Source of the DNA: an uncultured Candidatus Saccharibacteria bacterium | Lineage (GTDB): Bacteria; Patescibacteriota; Minisyncoccia; Phycocordibacterales; UBA6899 | Length of the DNA: 64,000 nucleotides | Direction: 5' to 3' | NCBI GenBank assembly: GCA_964469335.1 | Contig: CAYXYK010000001.1 | Location: forward strand, 235,976 to 299,975 | Position numbers and translations under genes: made by a program | The notes under the pieces: generated by a model | What the model saw: only the letters and a program-made list of their open reading frames with translations | Database searches by the model: none | Told to the model about the DNA's origin: nothing | In this document: in pieces, positions 29,336 to 40,338 of the stretch | How the letters are laid out: every line of letters starts with the position of its first letter | Numbering within the stretch: position 1 is the stretch's first letter

Positions 29336-30079
29336 ATGAACCCAATCGATTTCGAAGGACACCTTTTGTTCGCCGACGGCAGTTCCCTTGGTAACCCTGG
29401 ACCCGGTGGGTGGGGTTCCGTCCTTGTCCTCGACAAGAAAAGAGTCATCGAGCTCGGGGGAGGTGCAACACATACGACAAACAACAAGATGGAGCTGACC
29501 GCAGTTCTCGAAGCACTCGATCGGATCAAAGATGAATCCGGTGACCTGATCATATTCACTGATTCGAGATATGTTGAGAACGGCGCAACGAAGTGGATCC
29601 ACGGTTGGAAGCAGAAAGGATGGATCACCGCCACGAAAACTCCCGTTGAGAATCGCGAATTGTGGGAGCGTCTCCATGCACTCCTCGAAGACAGAAAAAA
29701 GTTCGGCAATATCACTTGGCAACATGTGCCTGGGCATTCCGGGGTAGCGGGCAATGAACGTTGCGATGAGATCGCGACCGGTTATGCCCGCGAAGATGAA
29801 CCCGGGCTCTTTGAGGGGGAAATGGGTGACTACGCTATCGATATCCTCAATATCTCCATCGATGAAGAAAAAGAACAGGCGCGGAGTGACTCGAAGTCCC
29901 GCTCCAAGGCCAGGGCGTACTCATATCTCTCCCTTGTGGGCGGTGTGGCAAAACGGCACATGACTTGGGCCGACTGCGAAAAACGCGTGAAAGGTAAATC
30001 CGGCGTGAAATACAAGAAAGCACTGTCGCCGGAGGATGAACGACATATCCTTGCACTGTGGGGAGTAACTATCTCCTAG
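29336..30079 (+). CDS. rnhA: ribonuclease HI with ~90-aa C-terminal extension
   Basis: DGSSLGNPGPGGWG ... TNNKMELTAV ... TDS ... carboxylate tetrad context; extra basic C-terminal region. Confidence 0.8.
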   Translation: MNPIDFEGHLLFADGSSLGNPGPGGWGSVLVLDKKRVIELGGGATHTTNNKMELTAVLEALDRIKDESGDLIIFTDSRYVENGATKWIHGWKQKGWITATKTPVENRELWERLHALLEDRKKFGNITWQHVPGHSGVAGNERCDEIATGYAREDEPGLFEGEMGDYAIDILNISIDEEKEQARSDSKSRSKARAYSYLSLVGGVAKRHMTWADCEKRVKGKSGVKYKKALSPEDERHILALWGVTIS

Positions 30080-30121
30080 TTAGGCTTTTCTTTTCCAATT
30101 ACTTCAGCTAGGATTGCGCGC

Positions 30122-31654
30122 ATGAAGCGCCTGCTGCGCATCTTGCCCCCGTTCCTTCTCTCGTTCCTCTCGGGAGTATTCGTCGCCTCCATCGATACCC
30201 CTCCGCTCTGGTTCCTTGTGTTTCTTTCCGCATTCTCGTTCATTTTCTTGATCATGTTCTTATACAAGAGGAACAGGATGCTCCCCGCACTGCTTTTCAT
30301 AAGTCTTGGTTTGATCATCGGTATCGAGCGTTATGCGATATGGGAACTTACTGCTGCTGACCCAGTAATTCTTGACGAGATAGGTACTGTGGTCAGTCTC
30401 GAAGGTGTTGTTGTTGCCGAGCCCGACGTGCGTGAAGATAAAACGCATCTCGCTGTTGCGATCACCGTTCTTGACCATGAGGGGAGAAAGACACCCGTTC
30501 AAGGCAAAGCACTCATTATCGTGAACAGATTCCCAGAGTATCACTACGGTGACATGCTCAAGATCGACGGCAAACTCACGGTTCCGCAAATGCTCACCGA
30601 AGATGACGGGCGCACGTTCGACTATCCGAAGTATCTCCGCTCGAAAGGGATCCGATTTCAAATGCTTTTCCCGAAGCTCTCGCTCGTTCGTGAAGGAGAA
30701 GGGAATGCACTCGTAGGAAGATTATACGGTATCAAGGAGCAATTCGAGCATGCACTCACTTCTGCGCTGCCCGCTCCAGAAAGTGCGCTTCTTTCTGGAC
30801 TTTTACTCGGCGGGAAACAGTCACTCGGCAGTGTGTGGCTCGAGCGCTTCCGTGTCGCCGGAGTCATTCATATCATCGTGCTGTCCGGCTACAATATGAC
30901 CATCGTAGCGGAGTGGTTAGTCGTGATGTTCCGCTCCCTTGGATTCTACGGAAGTCTCAGTGTCGGCTCAATTGGCATCATCCTCTTCGCACTCATGACT
31001 GGGGGAGGTGCTACTGTACTGCGTGCAGCGATCATGGCGCTCATCGTACTCCTCGCGAAGGCAACAGGGCGGAATTACGACATGTCTCGGGCGCTCTTGG
31101 TCGCTGCTGCACTCATGGTGGCGCAAAATCCAAGCATTCTCCTGCATGATCCGTCGTTCCAATTATCGTTCCTTGCTTCGATCGGACTGATCTACGTTTC
31201 TCCGATTATAGAAAAAAGAACGAAGTTGTTCCACTCCTTTCCGATGTTACGTGAAGTGTTCGTTTCCACCCTCGCGACACAGGTTGTCGTCTTGCCGCTG
31301 CTCCTCTTTCAAACCGGGATGCTCTCACTCGTCGCTCTTCCCGCGAACCTCATCGTACTACCGCTCATACCGATCACGATGTTCACCGGTTTCATTGCAG
31401 GTGTCACCGCGCTGGTTTCGCCGACTGTCGGAATATTCGTCGCACTTCCAGCAGAGGCGTTACTTGCATGGATACTGCTCGTTGCAGAGTATGCAGAGCG
31501 GATTCCGTTTGCCGCGATACGTTTCAGTAGTATTCCGGCATACATGGTATGTTTCGCCTACATCATCATGTTCATGTTCGTTCACTATGAGGATCGCATC
31601 ACCCCAAGGATCATTCGTCTTTGGCGAGCTCGGAAAGCACCGCCTTCGAATTGA
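30122..31654 (+). CDS. comEC: ComEC/Rec2 competence channel protein, N-terminal plus Competence domain only
   Basis: polytopic membrane protein; LSGLLLGGKQSLGSVWLERFRVAGVIHIIVLSGYNMTIVAEW competence-domain signature. Confidence 0.8.
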   Translation: MKRLLRILPPFLLSFLSGVFVASIDTPPLWFLVFLSAFSFIFLIMFLYKRNRMLPALLFISLGLIIGIERYAIWELTAADPVILDEIGTVVSLEGVVVAEPDVREDKTHLAVAITVLDHEGRKTPVQGKALIIVNRFPEYHYGDMLKIDGKLTVPQMLTEDDGRTFDYPKYLRSKGIRFQMLFPKLSLVREGEGNALVGRLYGIKEQFEHALTSALPAPESALLSGLLLGGKQSLGSVWLERFRVAGVIHIIVLSGYNMTIVAEWLVVMFRSLGFYGSLSVGSIGIILFALMTGGGATVLRAAIMALIVLLAKATGRNYDMSRALLVAAALMVAQNPSILLHDPSFQLSFLASIGLIYVSPIIEKRTKLFHSFPMLREVFVSTLATQVVVLPLLLFQTGMLSLVALPANLIVLPLIPITMFTGFIAGVTALVSPTVGIFVALPAEALLAWILLVAEYAERIPFAAIRFSSIPAYMVCFAYIIMFMFVHYEDRITPRIIRLWRARKAPPSN

Positions 31655-32207
31655 GCATCCGATAGAAAAGGTAGACGATCACTGCCGCGACGACGACAAG
31701 TATGGTTCCATACGATTTCCATACTTCCGTGTTCTTTCCGAAATAGTATCCGATCGCGATGAAGATAAGCGACCAGAGCCATGAGGAGATGAACATCAGT
31801 ATTGCAAAGACTCCGCGATGCGTCTTGCCCATGGCGGCGGGTATGGGGATGAAGACCTTTATCGCAGGAAGAAGTTTCCCGACGAACAAGAACCAAAGTC
31901 CTCGCTTTTTGAATACGATCTCGACTTTCCTGATATCTCGCTCTTTGAACATCTGGAAACGAGTGAGATAGTGCACCCCGTGTCTGCGTACTACTTCGTA
32001 GAGGATGATGTTGCCGATCATGTTGCCCGCCGCACCGACAAGTGATGCCGGAAAGAAATAAAGCGTGCCTGTCGATATGAAGTACCCGACGATGATGTAG
32101 AGAAACTGGCTCGAAGGGAAAGAGACGGAGCCGTTCGCGATCATCAGTGCAAAGATGCCAAGATAGCTGGTGGTGATGATGATCGCTTCGTAATCCATTA
32201 CCGCTGA
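31611..32207 (-). CDS. DedA/VTT-family membrane protein, encoded antisense between the two ComEC parts
   Basis: start trimmed to MDYEAIIITTSYLGIFAL; DedA-like G-rich TM pattern; 3' end overlaps comEC 3' end by ~44 bp. Confidence 0.7.
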   Translation of the reverse strand, partial: SAVMDYEAIIITTSYLGIFALMIANGSVSFPSSQFLYIIVGYFISTGTLYFFPASLVGAAGNMIGNIILYEVVRRHGVHYLTRFQMFKERDIRKVEIVFKKRGLWFLFVGKLLPAIKVFIPIPAAMGKTHRGVFAILMFISSWLWSLIFIAIGYYFGKNTEVWKSYGTILVVVAAVIVYLFYRMLNSKAVLSELAKDE

Positions 32208-32267
32208 GTATACCGCATTTGTGTCCAGTGTTCCCGTCTTGCAAACTTTCCTTCGAAGGAATAGTTT

Positions 32268-33149
32268 TTGGGGATGTGGCGTCACATCGTCAATTGGCTG
32301 AAACAACACCCGCTGTTCACTTTGATCTCCGCCCTTTTTCTTCTCGACGGGCTATTGTTCTATGCCTACCTCTGCCATCGCGAACATGGTCTCATCGTTG
32401 CGTTTCTTGATATCGGGCAAGGCGATGCGGTATTTGTGGAAGCGCCAAACGGGAACCAGCTACTCTATGATGCCGGACCACCTTCCGGTGCTGTGCTTTC
32501 TACACTCTCAGACGTGATGCCTTTCTATGATCGCTCGATAGATGTCGCGGTTCTCTCACATCCCGATATGGATCATATCGGCGGCTTTGCGGATGTTTTC
32601 ACGAGATATGATGTCGATGTCCTTCTCGAGTCCGGTGCGAGTTCCACCAACGGAGTCTTTGATGTAGTTGAAGAGAGAATAGTTACGCATCATATTCCTC
32701 GCTTCATTGCGAAGCGAGGAATGATCATCGACCTAGGTGATGGCGTCTTCGCTGACATCCTTTATCCAGATCGTGATACGACGGGTATGGAGACAAATAG
32801 CGCATCCATTGTCATGCGTCTTCGGTATGGAAGCACTTCGTTCCTCTTCTCTGGAGATCTTCCACAACCCGAAGAAGACCATCTCGTGTCGCTCGACGGG
32901 AGGTCACTGCGTTCAGAGATATTGAAGCTCGGACATCATGGGTCACGTACGTCGAGCTCCGGACGCTGGCTTCGGGCAGTTTCTCCGAGTGTCGCGATCG
33001 CTTCTGCGGGGAAAGACAATCGATACGGACATCCGCACAAGGAAGTCACGGATACGCTGTCGTCGCTAGGGGTACCCCTTCTTATCACGTGGCAGGAAGG
33101 AACGATCGTGTTCACGAGCGACGGACGAACCGTCACTCGGACGGATTGA
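32268..33149 (+). CDS. ComEC metallo-beta-lactamase domain as separate ORF with its own TM helix
   Basis: VAFLDIGQGDAVFVEAPNGNQLLYDAGP ... HPDMDHIGG ... LKLGHHGS MBL motifs. Confidence 0.8.
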   Translation: MGMWRHIVNWLKQHPLFTLISALFLLDGLLFYAYLCHREHGLIVAFLDIGQGDAVFVEAPNGNQLLYDAGPPSGAVLSTLSDVMPFYDRSIDVAVLSHPDMDHIGGFADVFTRYDVDVLLESGASSTNGVFDVVEERIVTHHIPRFIAKRGMIIDLGDGVFADILYPDRDTTGMETNSASIVMRLRYGSTSFLFSGDLPQPEEDHLVSLDGRSLRSEILKLGHHGSRTSSSGRWLRAVSPSVAIASAGKDNRYGHPHKEVTDTLSSLGVPLLITWQEGTIVFTSDGRTVTRTD

Positions 33150-33227
33150 AATCCTTGACTTGGGTGGAAATGAGCACAAAATGAAATAGGAGCAGTTCTC
33201 TTCCAATACGCTCAATAAGGAGTATTC

Positions 33228-33746
33228 GTGAATAATCAAAATCCCCATCACTCCATGATCGGCGAAGAAGAAGCGGCCAATCTCTGCACTCAGCGCATGC
33301 TTGCCGCGCGCTACCCGGCACATATGCCGGTCAATTTCAGCGAGATTCTCGCCGCAACACTCGCTGACGCGTTTCACATTCCGTGTCCAGTGTTCTTCCT
33401 TGAAGATGAAGCACGACAATGCGTGAAGGATGCACCACTCCGGCGCTCTCTTCTCGAGAGGATCGCTCATCGATTCCCGGATCCGCCGATCGTGTATCTT
33501 TATCTGTTGGGTCAATACGATGCACGAGGTACCCCAACCCAGAAGACCGCGTTCCTCGTCATGCTCGTCGAAAGTGTCCGCAAACGCAGCAACGTCCTTG
33601 CGCTCTGCCGTCGTTCGACCGTGCGCAGTAGCATGCTCGAACTGGAAATGATCTGCGAAGGGAAGACCCCGCTTCGCGTCCTTGGTCCGTCGGAGTGTTC
33701 CGGTCGTGTCGACCACAGAGGTCATCGGACGATCAGTGTCTATTAA
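33228..33746 (+). CDS. hypothetical protein
   Basis: ORF track; terminator 33752-33779 (AAACCCGCAGTATTGCGGGCTTCTTTTT) follows. Confidence 0.45.
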   Translation: MNNQNPHHSMIGEEEAANLCTQRMLAARYPAHMPVNFSEILAATLADAFHIPCPVFFLEDEARQCVKDAPLRRSLLERIAHRFPDPPIVYLYLLGQYDARGTPTQKTAFLVMLVESVRKRSNVLALCRRSTVRSSMLELEMICEGKTPLRVLGPSECSGRVDHRGHRTISVY

Positions 33747-33875
33747 TCAAGAAACCCGCAGTATTGCGGGCTTCTTTTTGTGCTAGCTGTAAATGAATGA
33801 GTAGAGGGTAACATGTCTGATCTATTCTCTCGGGCGAATGCAGCAAGGAAAGGTGCCACGCAAATAACTTGTTAC

Positions 33876-33911
33876 AAAACAAGCAGTACGATTTTCGTAC
33901 TGCTTGTTTTC
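33876..33911. terminator. bidirectional terminator downstream of rpmB (13-bp stem)
   Basis: AACAAGCAGTACG-ATTTT-CGTACTGCTTGTT flanked by A and T runs. Confidence 0.65.
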
Positions 33912-33927
33912 ATTTGCGCGGTGTCGA

Positions 33928-34149
33928 TTATTTCTTCACGATCTCAAGATGCTTGTTGCCCTTGATGCAGCGTGTGCAGATCTTGATGCGTCCGCCTCCC
34001 GAAGTCTTCGGGAGTGTGACCCACTGGAGATTCGGGTACTTGCGCGTATCGCCCGACGGATTGAACTTGGTCGCACGGATACGGTTCGAATAGCCGCCAG
34101 CCATGCGGGTTCCTTTTGAGCAGATGATGCAGATATTTGTAGTTGCCAT
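33928..34149 (-). CDS. rpmB: 50S ribosomal protein L28
   Basis: 73 aa MATTNICIICSKGTRMAGGYSNRIRATKFNPSGDTRKYPNLQWV...; start trimmed from the longer ORF. Confidence 0.85.
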   Translation of the reverse strand: MATTNICIICSKGTRMAGGYSNRIRATKFNPSGDTRKYPNLQWVTLPKTSGGGRIKICTRCIKGNKHLEIVKK

Positions 34150-34225
34150 ATACGTTTTTGATCTTTGAAGAGGGGATACCTCATTTGGGATTGGTGCCTC
34201 GCATGCTATCATGGGTGTCACGAGT

Positions 34226-34852
34226 ATGCAAGAAGTAGACCTTATACAAACCATCTTTGCCGTTGCCGTACTGGTATTCTCAGTTGTCGCGCATGAGGTA
34301 TCTCATGGCTATATGGCGCAGTATTTAGGTGATCCGACCGCGCGTTTTGCGGGCAGACTTACCATGAATCCTTTGAAACACATCGATCCGATCGGTTCTT
34401 TTCTGGTTCCGTTCATCACTTCACTTGCTCCCGGAGGATTCATGTTCGGTTGGGCGAAACCCGTTCCATATAATCCCTATAATTTAAGAGACCAAAAATG
34501 GGGTGAAGCGAAGGTTGCCTTGGCAGGACCCCTCACGAATCTTGCATTGGCACTTGTTTTTGCCCTTATTCTTCGATTCGGAACTGCATTTTTCACAGAC
34601 CCAATGCAAAGCCTCATGCATTTAATAGTGCTAATTAACATTATTCTGGCAGTTTTTAATCTGGTACCGATTCCTCCACTGGACGGATCGAAAGTACTCC
34701 TGACTGCCTTGCCGCTGCGATATCGCTATATTGGGGACTATCTTGAGCGGTATTCACTACTTCTTATCCTAGTTTTTGCCTTTTTCCTATGGGGGTACTT
34801 CCTCCCGCTCGTCAGTTTCCTGTACGCACTCATGGTCGGTGTGCCTCTCTAA
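34226..34852 (+). CDS. site-2 protease family (peptidase M50) membrane metalloprotease
   Basis: HEVSHG zinc motif and NLVPIPPLDG; multi-TM. Confidence 0.75.
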   Translation: MQEVDLIQTIFAVAVLVFSVVAHEVSHGYMAQYLGDPTARFAGRLTMNPLKHIDPIGSFLVPFITSLAPGGFMFGWAKPVPYNPYNLRDQKWGEAKVALAGPLTNLALALVFALILRFGTAFFTDPMQSLMHLIVLINIILAVFNLVPIPPLDGSKVLLTALPLRYRYIGDYLERYSLLLILVFAFFLWGYFLPLVSFLYALMVGVPL

Positions 34853-35010
34853 GGCGTCAGATTGCATTTTTCCGCACAGTGTATTAGAGTACTCGTACCC
34901 GTTGCTGATTTTCACTTTAAGGTGTGTACCCGCAAGGAGGGAGTGTGCATGGCTGCACTACTCCCGCCTTGAGGCGAGAAACAGCGACGGGTACAAGATT
35001 TAAAATTCTT

Positions 35011-35424
35011 ATGCCAACAATCAATCAATTAGTAAAAAATAACCGCAAGATCGTTCGCCGTAAATCAAAAGCGGTTGCGATGCTCCGCGGTTTCAATTCG
35101 ATCCAGAATCGTCCGAACTTCTACAACTCCCCGTTCAAGCGCGGTGTGTGTACGAAGGTGACGACCATGACTCCTCGCAAGCCGAACTCTGCTATTCGTA
35201 AGGTTGCACGTGTGCGCCTCACTAACGGCATGGAAATCACTGCGTATATCCCAGGAGAGACACACAAGCTCCAGGAACACTCCGTGGTCATCGTTCGCGG
35301 TGGTCGCGTGAAAGACGTCGGACTCCGCTATACCATCGTTCGTGGTCGCCTCGATGCCGCAGGTGTCGAGAAGCGCCGCCAGGGTCGTTCGCTTTACGGT
35401 GCAAAGCGCCCTGAGAAGAAATAA
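35011..35424 (+). CDS. rpsL: 30S ribosomal protein S12
   Basis: MPTINQLV ... PKKPNSALRKV pattern; start trimmed to ATG 35011. Confidence 0.95.
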   Translation: MPTINQLVKNNRKIVRRKSKAVAMLRGFNSIQNRPNFYNSPFKRGVCTKVTTMTPRKPNSAIRKVARVRLTNGMEITAYIPGETHKLQEHSVVIVRGGRVKDVGLRYTIVRGRLDAAGVEKRRQGRSLYGAKRPEKK

Positions 35425-35510
35425 TCTTCTTATAAGTTTTCAAGTCATTACAGAATTAAGATTGTTCCGGAGTACCGTGACTTGCGGGAAAGACCGGGCA
35501 AACAATAACT

Positions 35511-35981
35511 ATGCGCAGACCAGTAAAAAACAGAAATATCCGAAAGCCTGACCTTGTCTACAAGTCGCTCGATGTCTCGACGCTTGTGAACTACATCATG
35601 CTCTCAGGAAAGAAGTCGATCGCCGAAGCTGTCGTCTACGACGCCTTTGAAGAGATCAAGAAGACCATGAAGGTCGAAGATCCTTTAGAAGTGTACAAGA
35701 ATGCACTTCGCAACGCCGGACCTCTTATGGAGATCCGCTCCCGCCGTGTCGGTGGCGCGAACTATCAGGTTCCGCGTGAGGTTCGCCCTGAGCGCCGTGT
35801 CTTCCTCGCACTTCGTTGGATCATCGATGCTGCCCGCTCGAAGAAGGGAGCCCCGATGGCAACCAAGCTCGCTAACGAGATCATTGCCGCTTCGAAGAAC
35901 GAAGGTGAGGCGATCAAGAAGCGCGAGAACGTGCATAAGATGGCTGAAGCGAACAAGGCATTTGCCCACTTCGCCTGGTAA
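35511..35981 (+). CDS. rpsG: 30S ribosomal protein S7
   Basis: 156 aa with typical S7 sequence following rpsL. Confidence 0.95.
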   Translation: MRRPVKNRNIRKPDLVYKSLDVSTLVNYIMLSGKKSIAEAVVYDAFEEIKKTMKVEDPLEVYKNALRNAGPLMEIRSRRVGGANYQVPREVRPERRVFLALRWIIDAARSKKGAPMATKLANEIIAASKNEGEAIKKRENVHKMAEANKAFAHFAW

Positions 35982-36151
35982 TATCAAATATTCCCACCAA
36001 AGAACGGCCCCAGGCCGTTTTTTGTTGCCTTATCTTGCTATTTGAAGGCGATTTCGATATAGTATGCCTAACTCAAAGCCGTTGTAGGCTTCTTTTTTTA
36101 CTCATGGAACGAGCGAAAAAGAGGGGAGTTTAGTCACTAATTATTTTTTGT

Positions 36152-38296
36152 ATGGAGAGAGATTACCCGTTGGTAAAAGTTCGTAATTTCGGAATCATCG
36201 CGCATATCGATGCAGGTAAGACCACCACATCGGAGCGTGTGTTGTTCTATACTGGTGTGTCACACAAGATCGGTGAGGTGCACGAAGGAGACACTGTCAT
36301 GGATTGGATGGAACAGGAGCGTGAGCGTGGCATCACCATCACCTCGGCGGCAACCACCTGCTTCTGGACCCCGACCTATGCGCCAGGAGATGCTGACAAG
36401 AAAGTGCGCTTCAATCTCATCGACACCCCGGGGCACATCGACTTCACCATCGAGGTGAAGCGCTCACTCCGCGTCCTCGACGGTGCGGTCGTCGTGTTCG
36501 ACGGAGTCGCCGGTGTCGAACCGCAGTCAGAGACCAACTGGCGCTATGCCGATGAAGGTAAAGTGCCTCGTATCTGTTTCATCAACAAGCTCGATCGTAC
36601 CGGAGCTTCGTTCGAGCGCTCGTTCCAGAGTATCCTTGATCGTTTGACCAAGAATGCGGTTCGCATGCAGATCCCCGTCGGAGAGGAAGATCAGTTCGCG
36701 GGCGTGATCGATCTTCTCACCATGAAGTACGTCACCTTCGAAGGTGAGATGGGTAACAAGATCGTACAGAGCGAGATCCCAGCAGAACATCTCGAGGATG
36801 CCAAGAAATACCGCGGCATGATGATCGAAGCGATCGTCGAGAATGACGAGACCCTGATGAACGAATATCTCGAAGGCAAGGAACCTTCTATCGATGACCT
36901 CAAGAAAGTGTTGCGCAAGGCGACCATTGAGAACAAGATCGTCCCTGTGTTCACAGGTTCTGCGCTCAAGAACAAAGGTGTTCAGCTCGTTCTCGACGCA
37001 GTTGTCGACTATCTTCCGAGTCCGATGGATATTCCTCCGACCAAGGGTCATGACCCGAAGACCGGTGAGGAGATCTTCCGTAAAGCCGACGACACTGAGC
37101 CTTTCTCCGCACTCGCATTCAAGATCGCGACCGATCCGTATGTCGGACAGCTCGCATTCTTCCGTGTCTATTCAGGAACGCTCGAATCAGGCTCGTATGT
37201 GTACAATGCGACAAAGGGAAAGAAGGAACGCATCTCGCGCATCCTGCGTATGCACGCCAATGAGCGCGAAGAGGTGAAGAAAGTATTCGCAGGAGAGATC
37301 GCTGCTGCAGTCGGACTCAAGGATACACTCACGTCAGATTCGCTCTGTTCTGAAGATTCGCCGATCATCCTTGAGCGTATCGTCATTCCTGAGCCGGTCA
37401 TTTCGATGCGCATCGAACCGAAAACCAAGCAGGACCAGGAGAAGATGGGTATCGCACTTTCGCGCCTCTCCGCAGAGGATCCTACTTTCCGTGTTACCTC
37501 GGACCCTGAGACGATGGAGACCATCATCTGGGGAATGGGTGAACTCCACCTCGAGATCATCGTGGATCGTATGAAACGCGAGTTCAATGTCGAAGCAACG
37601 ACCGGTAAACCGCAGGTCGCATATCGTGAGACCATTCAAGGCGAGGCGGAGGCTGAATGCAAATACATCAAGCAGTCCGGTGGTCGTGGTCAATACGGTC
37701 ACGTCAAGATCAAGCTCAAGCCGATGGACCTCACTGTCAAGGAAGAAGATCTTCCGAAGAATGCAAAGCGCTCGCCTGGATTCGAGTTCATCAACTCGAT
37801 CAAGGGAGGTATCATTCCTCAGGAATACATCTCTCCGATCGAAAAGGGCATCAAGGAAGGAATGGAGCGCGGTGTCGTCGCTGGTTACTCACTCGTGAAC
37901 GTCTCGGTCGAACTCTATGACGGTTCGTTCCACGAAGTCGACTCTTCTGAAATCGCCTTCAAGATCGCAGGATCAATGGCACTTCAGGATGGCGCAAAGC
38001 GTGCGCGTCCGACCCTTCTCGAGCCGGTCATGCTCGTCGAGATCGTCTTCCCAGACAAGTTCATGGGTGACGTCACTGGCTCGGTCGCATCGCGCCGTGG
38101 ACAGGTCAACTCGATGGAGGACCGCGGTATGCTCAAGGTCGCAAGTGCGATGATCCCCTTGGCCGAGATGTTCGGCTACGCGACCACTCTTCGCTCGATG
38201 ACCGAAGGACGCGGTACCTTCACCATGACTCCCGCTGAATATGTCGCCGTTCCTTCGAATGTCGCACAGCAGGTGATCGAGGCAAGAGGGAAGTAA
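36152..38296 (+). CDS. fusA: elongation factor G
   Basis: [13 protein letters not shown]1 motif, DTPGHIDF, full 714-aa EF-G layout. Confidence 0.95.
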   Translation: MERDYPLVKVRNFGIIAHIDAGKTTTSERVLFYTGVSHKIGEVHEGDTVMDWMEQERERGITITSAATTCFWTPTYAPGDADKKVRFNLIDTPGHIDFTIEVKRSLRVLDGAVVVFDGVAGVEPQSETNWRYADEGKVPRICFINKLDRTGASFERSFQSILDRLTKNAVRMQIPVGEEDQFAGVIDLLTMKYVTFEGEMGNKIVQSEIPAEHLEDAKKYRGMMIEAIVENDETLMNEYLEGKEPSIDDLKKVLRKATIENKIVPVFTGSALKNKGVQLVLDAVVDYLPSPMDIPPTKGHDPKTGEEIFRKADDTEPFSALAFKIATDPYVGQLAFFRVYSGTLESGSYVYNATKGKKERISRILRMHANEREEVKKVFAGEIAAAVGLKDTLTSDSLCSEDSPIILERIVIPEPVISMRIEPKTKQDQEKMGIALSRLSAEDPTFRVTSDPETMETIIWGMGELHLEIIVDRMKREFNVEATTGKPQVAYRETIQGEAEAECKYIKQSGGRGQYGHVKIKLKPMDLTVKEEDLPKNAKRSPGFEFINSIKGGIIPQEYISPIEKGIKEGMERGVVAGYSLVNVSVELYDGSFHEVDSSEIAFKIAGSMALQDGAKRARPTLLEPVMLVEIVFPDKFMGDVTGSVASRRGQVNSMEDRGMLKVASAMIPLAEMFGYATTLRSMTEGRGTFTMTPAEYVAVPSNVAQQVIEARGK

Positions 38297-38312
38297 TTCA
38301 TCATTTCAAACA

Positions 38313-38338
38313 AAAAAGCGCCAGATGGCGCTTTTTTG
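38313..38338. terminator. bidirectional terminator after fusA (AAAAAAGCGCCAGATGGCGCTTTTTT)
   Basis: palindrome with A/T flanks; tuf does not follow directly. Confidence 0.65.
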
Positions 38339-38346
38339 TTGTTTTA

Positions 38347-39246
38347 TCAGAAGTTTAAGAATACTCCTTTTGACTTCGTATACCCGCCCGAGAGCATGCT
38401 TGGGGTAGAGTGGGCGGTGCCGATTCTACCCTCTCTATCAATGACGATTACCCCGCCGAGACCCTTCACTTTCTTCACAAAGAATTCGATGCCGTGTTTC
38501 GCTGCTTCATCAGCACCCACGCTCTTGTATCGGATGATCTCCGCAATGGTCTTCGCGAGTGAGGTGCGGATCATTTGCTCACCGAATCCGGTGGTAGAGA
38601 CCGCACAGGTCTCGTTCTCGGCATACACACCAGCACCCACGATCGGTGTGTCACCGACCCGTCCGTACTTTTTGTTCACGATACCACCGGTCGATGTTGC
38701 TGCTGCGAGATTTCCGTTTACATCGATCGCTACCGCACCGACCGTGCCGAGCTTCTTCTCGACTGAACTATGATCGAGTACGACACGTGAACTCTTTTTT
38801 GCCTCTTCGAACTGTGATTGACGTCGCGGGGTGATAAAGTATTCGTTCGGTTCCATTTTAGTGTCGACGCTCGTTGCGAACTCCATCGCACCCTCTCCGA
38901 TCAAGAGTACATGCTCGGTTTCCTCCATCACCTTTCTTGCGAGCCATATCGGGTTCCGCACTGAGGTGATCGCCGCAACTGCCCCCGCACGCATGTCTCT
39001 GCCGTCCATGATCGCCGCATCCATTTCGATGCCGCCCTTACTGTTGAGTACCGAGCCTCGTCCTGCATTGTAGTGCTCGTCGTCTTCGAGCAGCATGACG
39101 CATGCTTCGACGACGTCGAGCGCACCGCCACCTTCTTCGAGTAGTTTCCTACCATGTTCGATGACGTGGTTCATTCCCTCACGATAGACTTCGGGTGCTT
39201 CGATCGCTCCGGCACCTCCGTGGATAAGTAATGCGATAGTGTTCAT
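38347..39246 (-). CDS. isoaspartyl peptidase / L-asparaginase (Ntn hydrolase, plant-type)
   Basis: GTVGAVAID autoproteolytic Thr context, HGGAG N-terminus; start trimmed to MNTIALLIHGGAG. Confidence 0.8.
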   Translation of the reverse strand: MNTIALLIHGGAGAIEAPEVYREGMNHVIEHGRKLLEEGGGALDVVEACVMLLEDDEHYNAGRGSVLNSKGGIEMDAAIMDGRDMRAGAVAAITSVRNPIWLARKVMEETEHVLLIGEGAMEFATSVDTKMEPNEYFITPRRQSQFEEAKKSSRVVLDHSSVEKKLGTVGAVAIDVNGNLAAATSTGGIVNKKYGRVGDTPIVGAGVYAENETCAVSTTGFGEQMIRTSLAKTIAEIIRYKSVGADEAAKHGIEFFVKKVKGLGGVIVIDREGRIGTAHSTPSMLSGGYTKSKGVFLNF

Positions 39247-39311
39247 TTTTCTACTATACAAAGAAAAAGGGCGGGCGTCATGCGACGCTCGCCCTTCGAA
39301 GTCAATCAATT

Positions 39312-40338
39312 TCAGACATAGACCAGCCCATTAAGGACGTCACCCGCCCCATGGATTTTCAGCGAAGTCCGTCCGGCGACAAACCCTCCTCGCAGCTTGT
39401 ATTTGCGCTCGTCCGGGGAGTAGGTTGCGTAGAGTCTCCAGATCCAGTTGTGCCCGGCGAATCGGTCCGGTGCCGCGAAATTCTGGACGATGTACGGTTC
39501 ACCAGAGGCATGTGCAACGTTGAGTGCACGCTCCATCCGGAGTCGAGAGAGAGCTTCCTCTTTGAACAGCGGATTCGGGGTCCAGAAGCTTGTGTTGCGA
39601 GTACCCCAGCCTTCTTTCGGCTTCAGGACGAATCCGTTCGGAAAGTCGATGAAGACCTGATGGGAATTGAGGAACTCCGGATGCGCGTAGTGCGAAAGTG
39701 GTGCTGCAGCAACCTGCGTTCCCAGTTTCCGTACCAGGTAACCCTTGTGTCCCCCGCCATGCTGATGGAGGAGGAGGCATTGTGGAAGAAGGGATGTTAT
39801 GAGTTCGAGGTCCTCTTGTCCCGCACGTAGCCACAGTGGCTCATTCCCCGGTTTTTCTGTCGCAAGGTCGGCGATCTCGCGGATGGAGATACCCCCCTCT
39901 GCTCTGAGTGCCTCCATGAAGATGCGAAGGTCCTCGCGCTGTGAGCTCCGCGAAGGCGCAACGCCCCACGCGAGCCGGGTGACATCGAGCGATCGCAGTG
40001 TCCGCGCGATTTCCTTCACGATTGGCAGTCCGAAGCGGTGGGCGATACCGAACCCGGCCGGGTTCGATTCCAGTTCATAGATCCCGCGGCAGTCAGGTGC
40101 CATGTCGAGTCGGACCACTGGGGAAGGGATTCCCCACTTTGTGAGCGAGTAGTTGAGGAGGGGAGCGTAGTCAGATCGGTACAGCTTTGACGCGATCCGC
40201 TCGAGCGCTGACATCTCGTTCTCGGTCCATTCGATGGTTTTGTCGTTCAGACGGATCGAGAGCGGGATTGAATTCACGCTCCAGTCGTCTCCGAATTGAT
40301 GCGTCTCGACCGCCAGGCTCGTTCTATTGTGAGTCATT
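39312..40338 (-). CDS. hypothetical protein (possible ATP-grasp-like ligase fold, very tentative)
   Basis: start trimmed to MTHNRTSL; segments IYELESNPAGFG and VLKPKEGWGTRN loosely resemble ATP-grasp motifs; terminator 39255-39295 downstream. Confidence 0.5.

Noticed and set aside
28481-29737. 418-aa ORF on the minus strand
   Set aside because: Entirely antisense to recJ and rnhA, which have strong family motifs. The protein has no recognisable features. Long antisense ORFs are expected at this GC content.
36527-37702. Multiple ORFs of 94-174 aa on both strands
   Set aside because: All lie within fusA, which has clear EF-G motifs.
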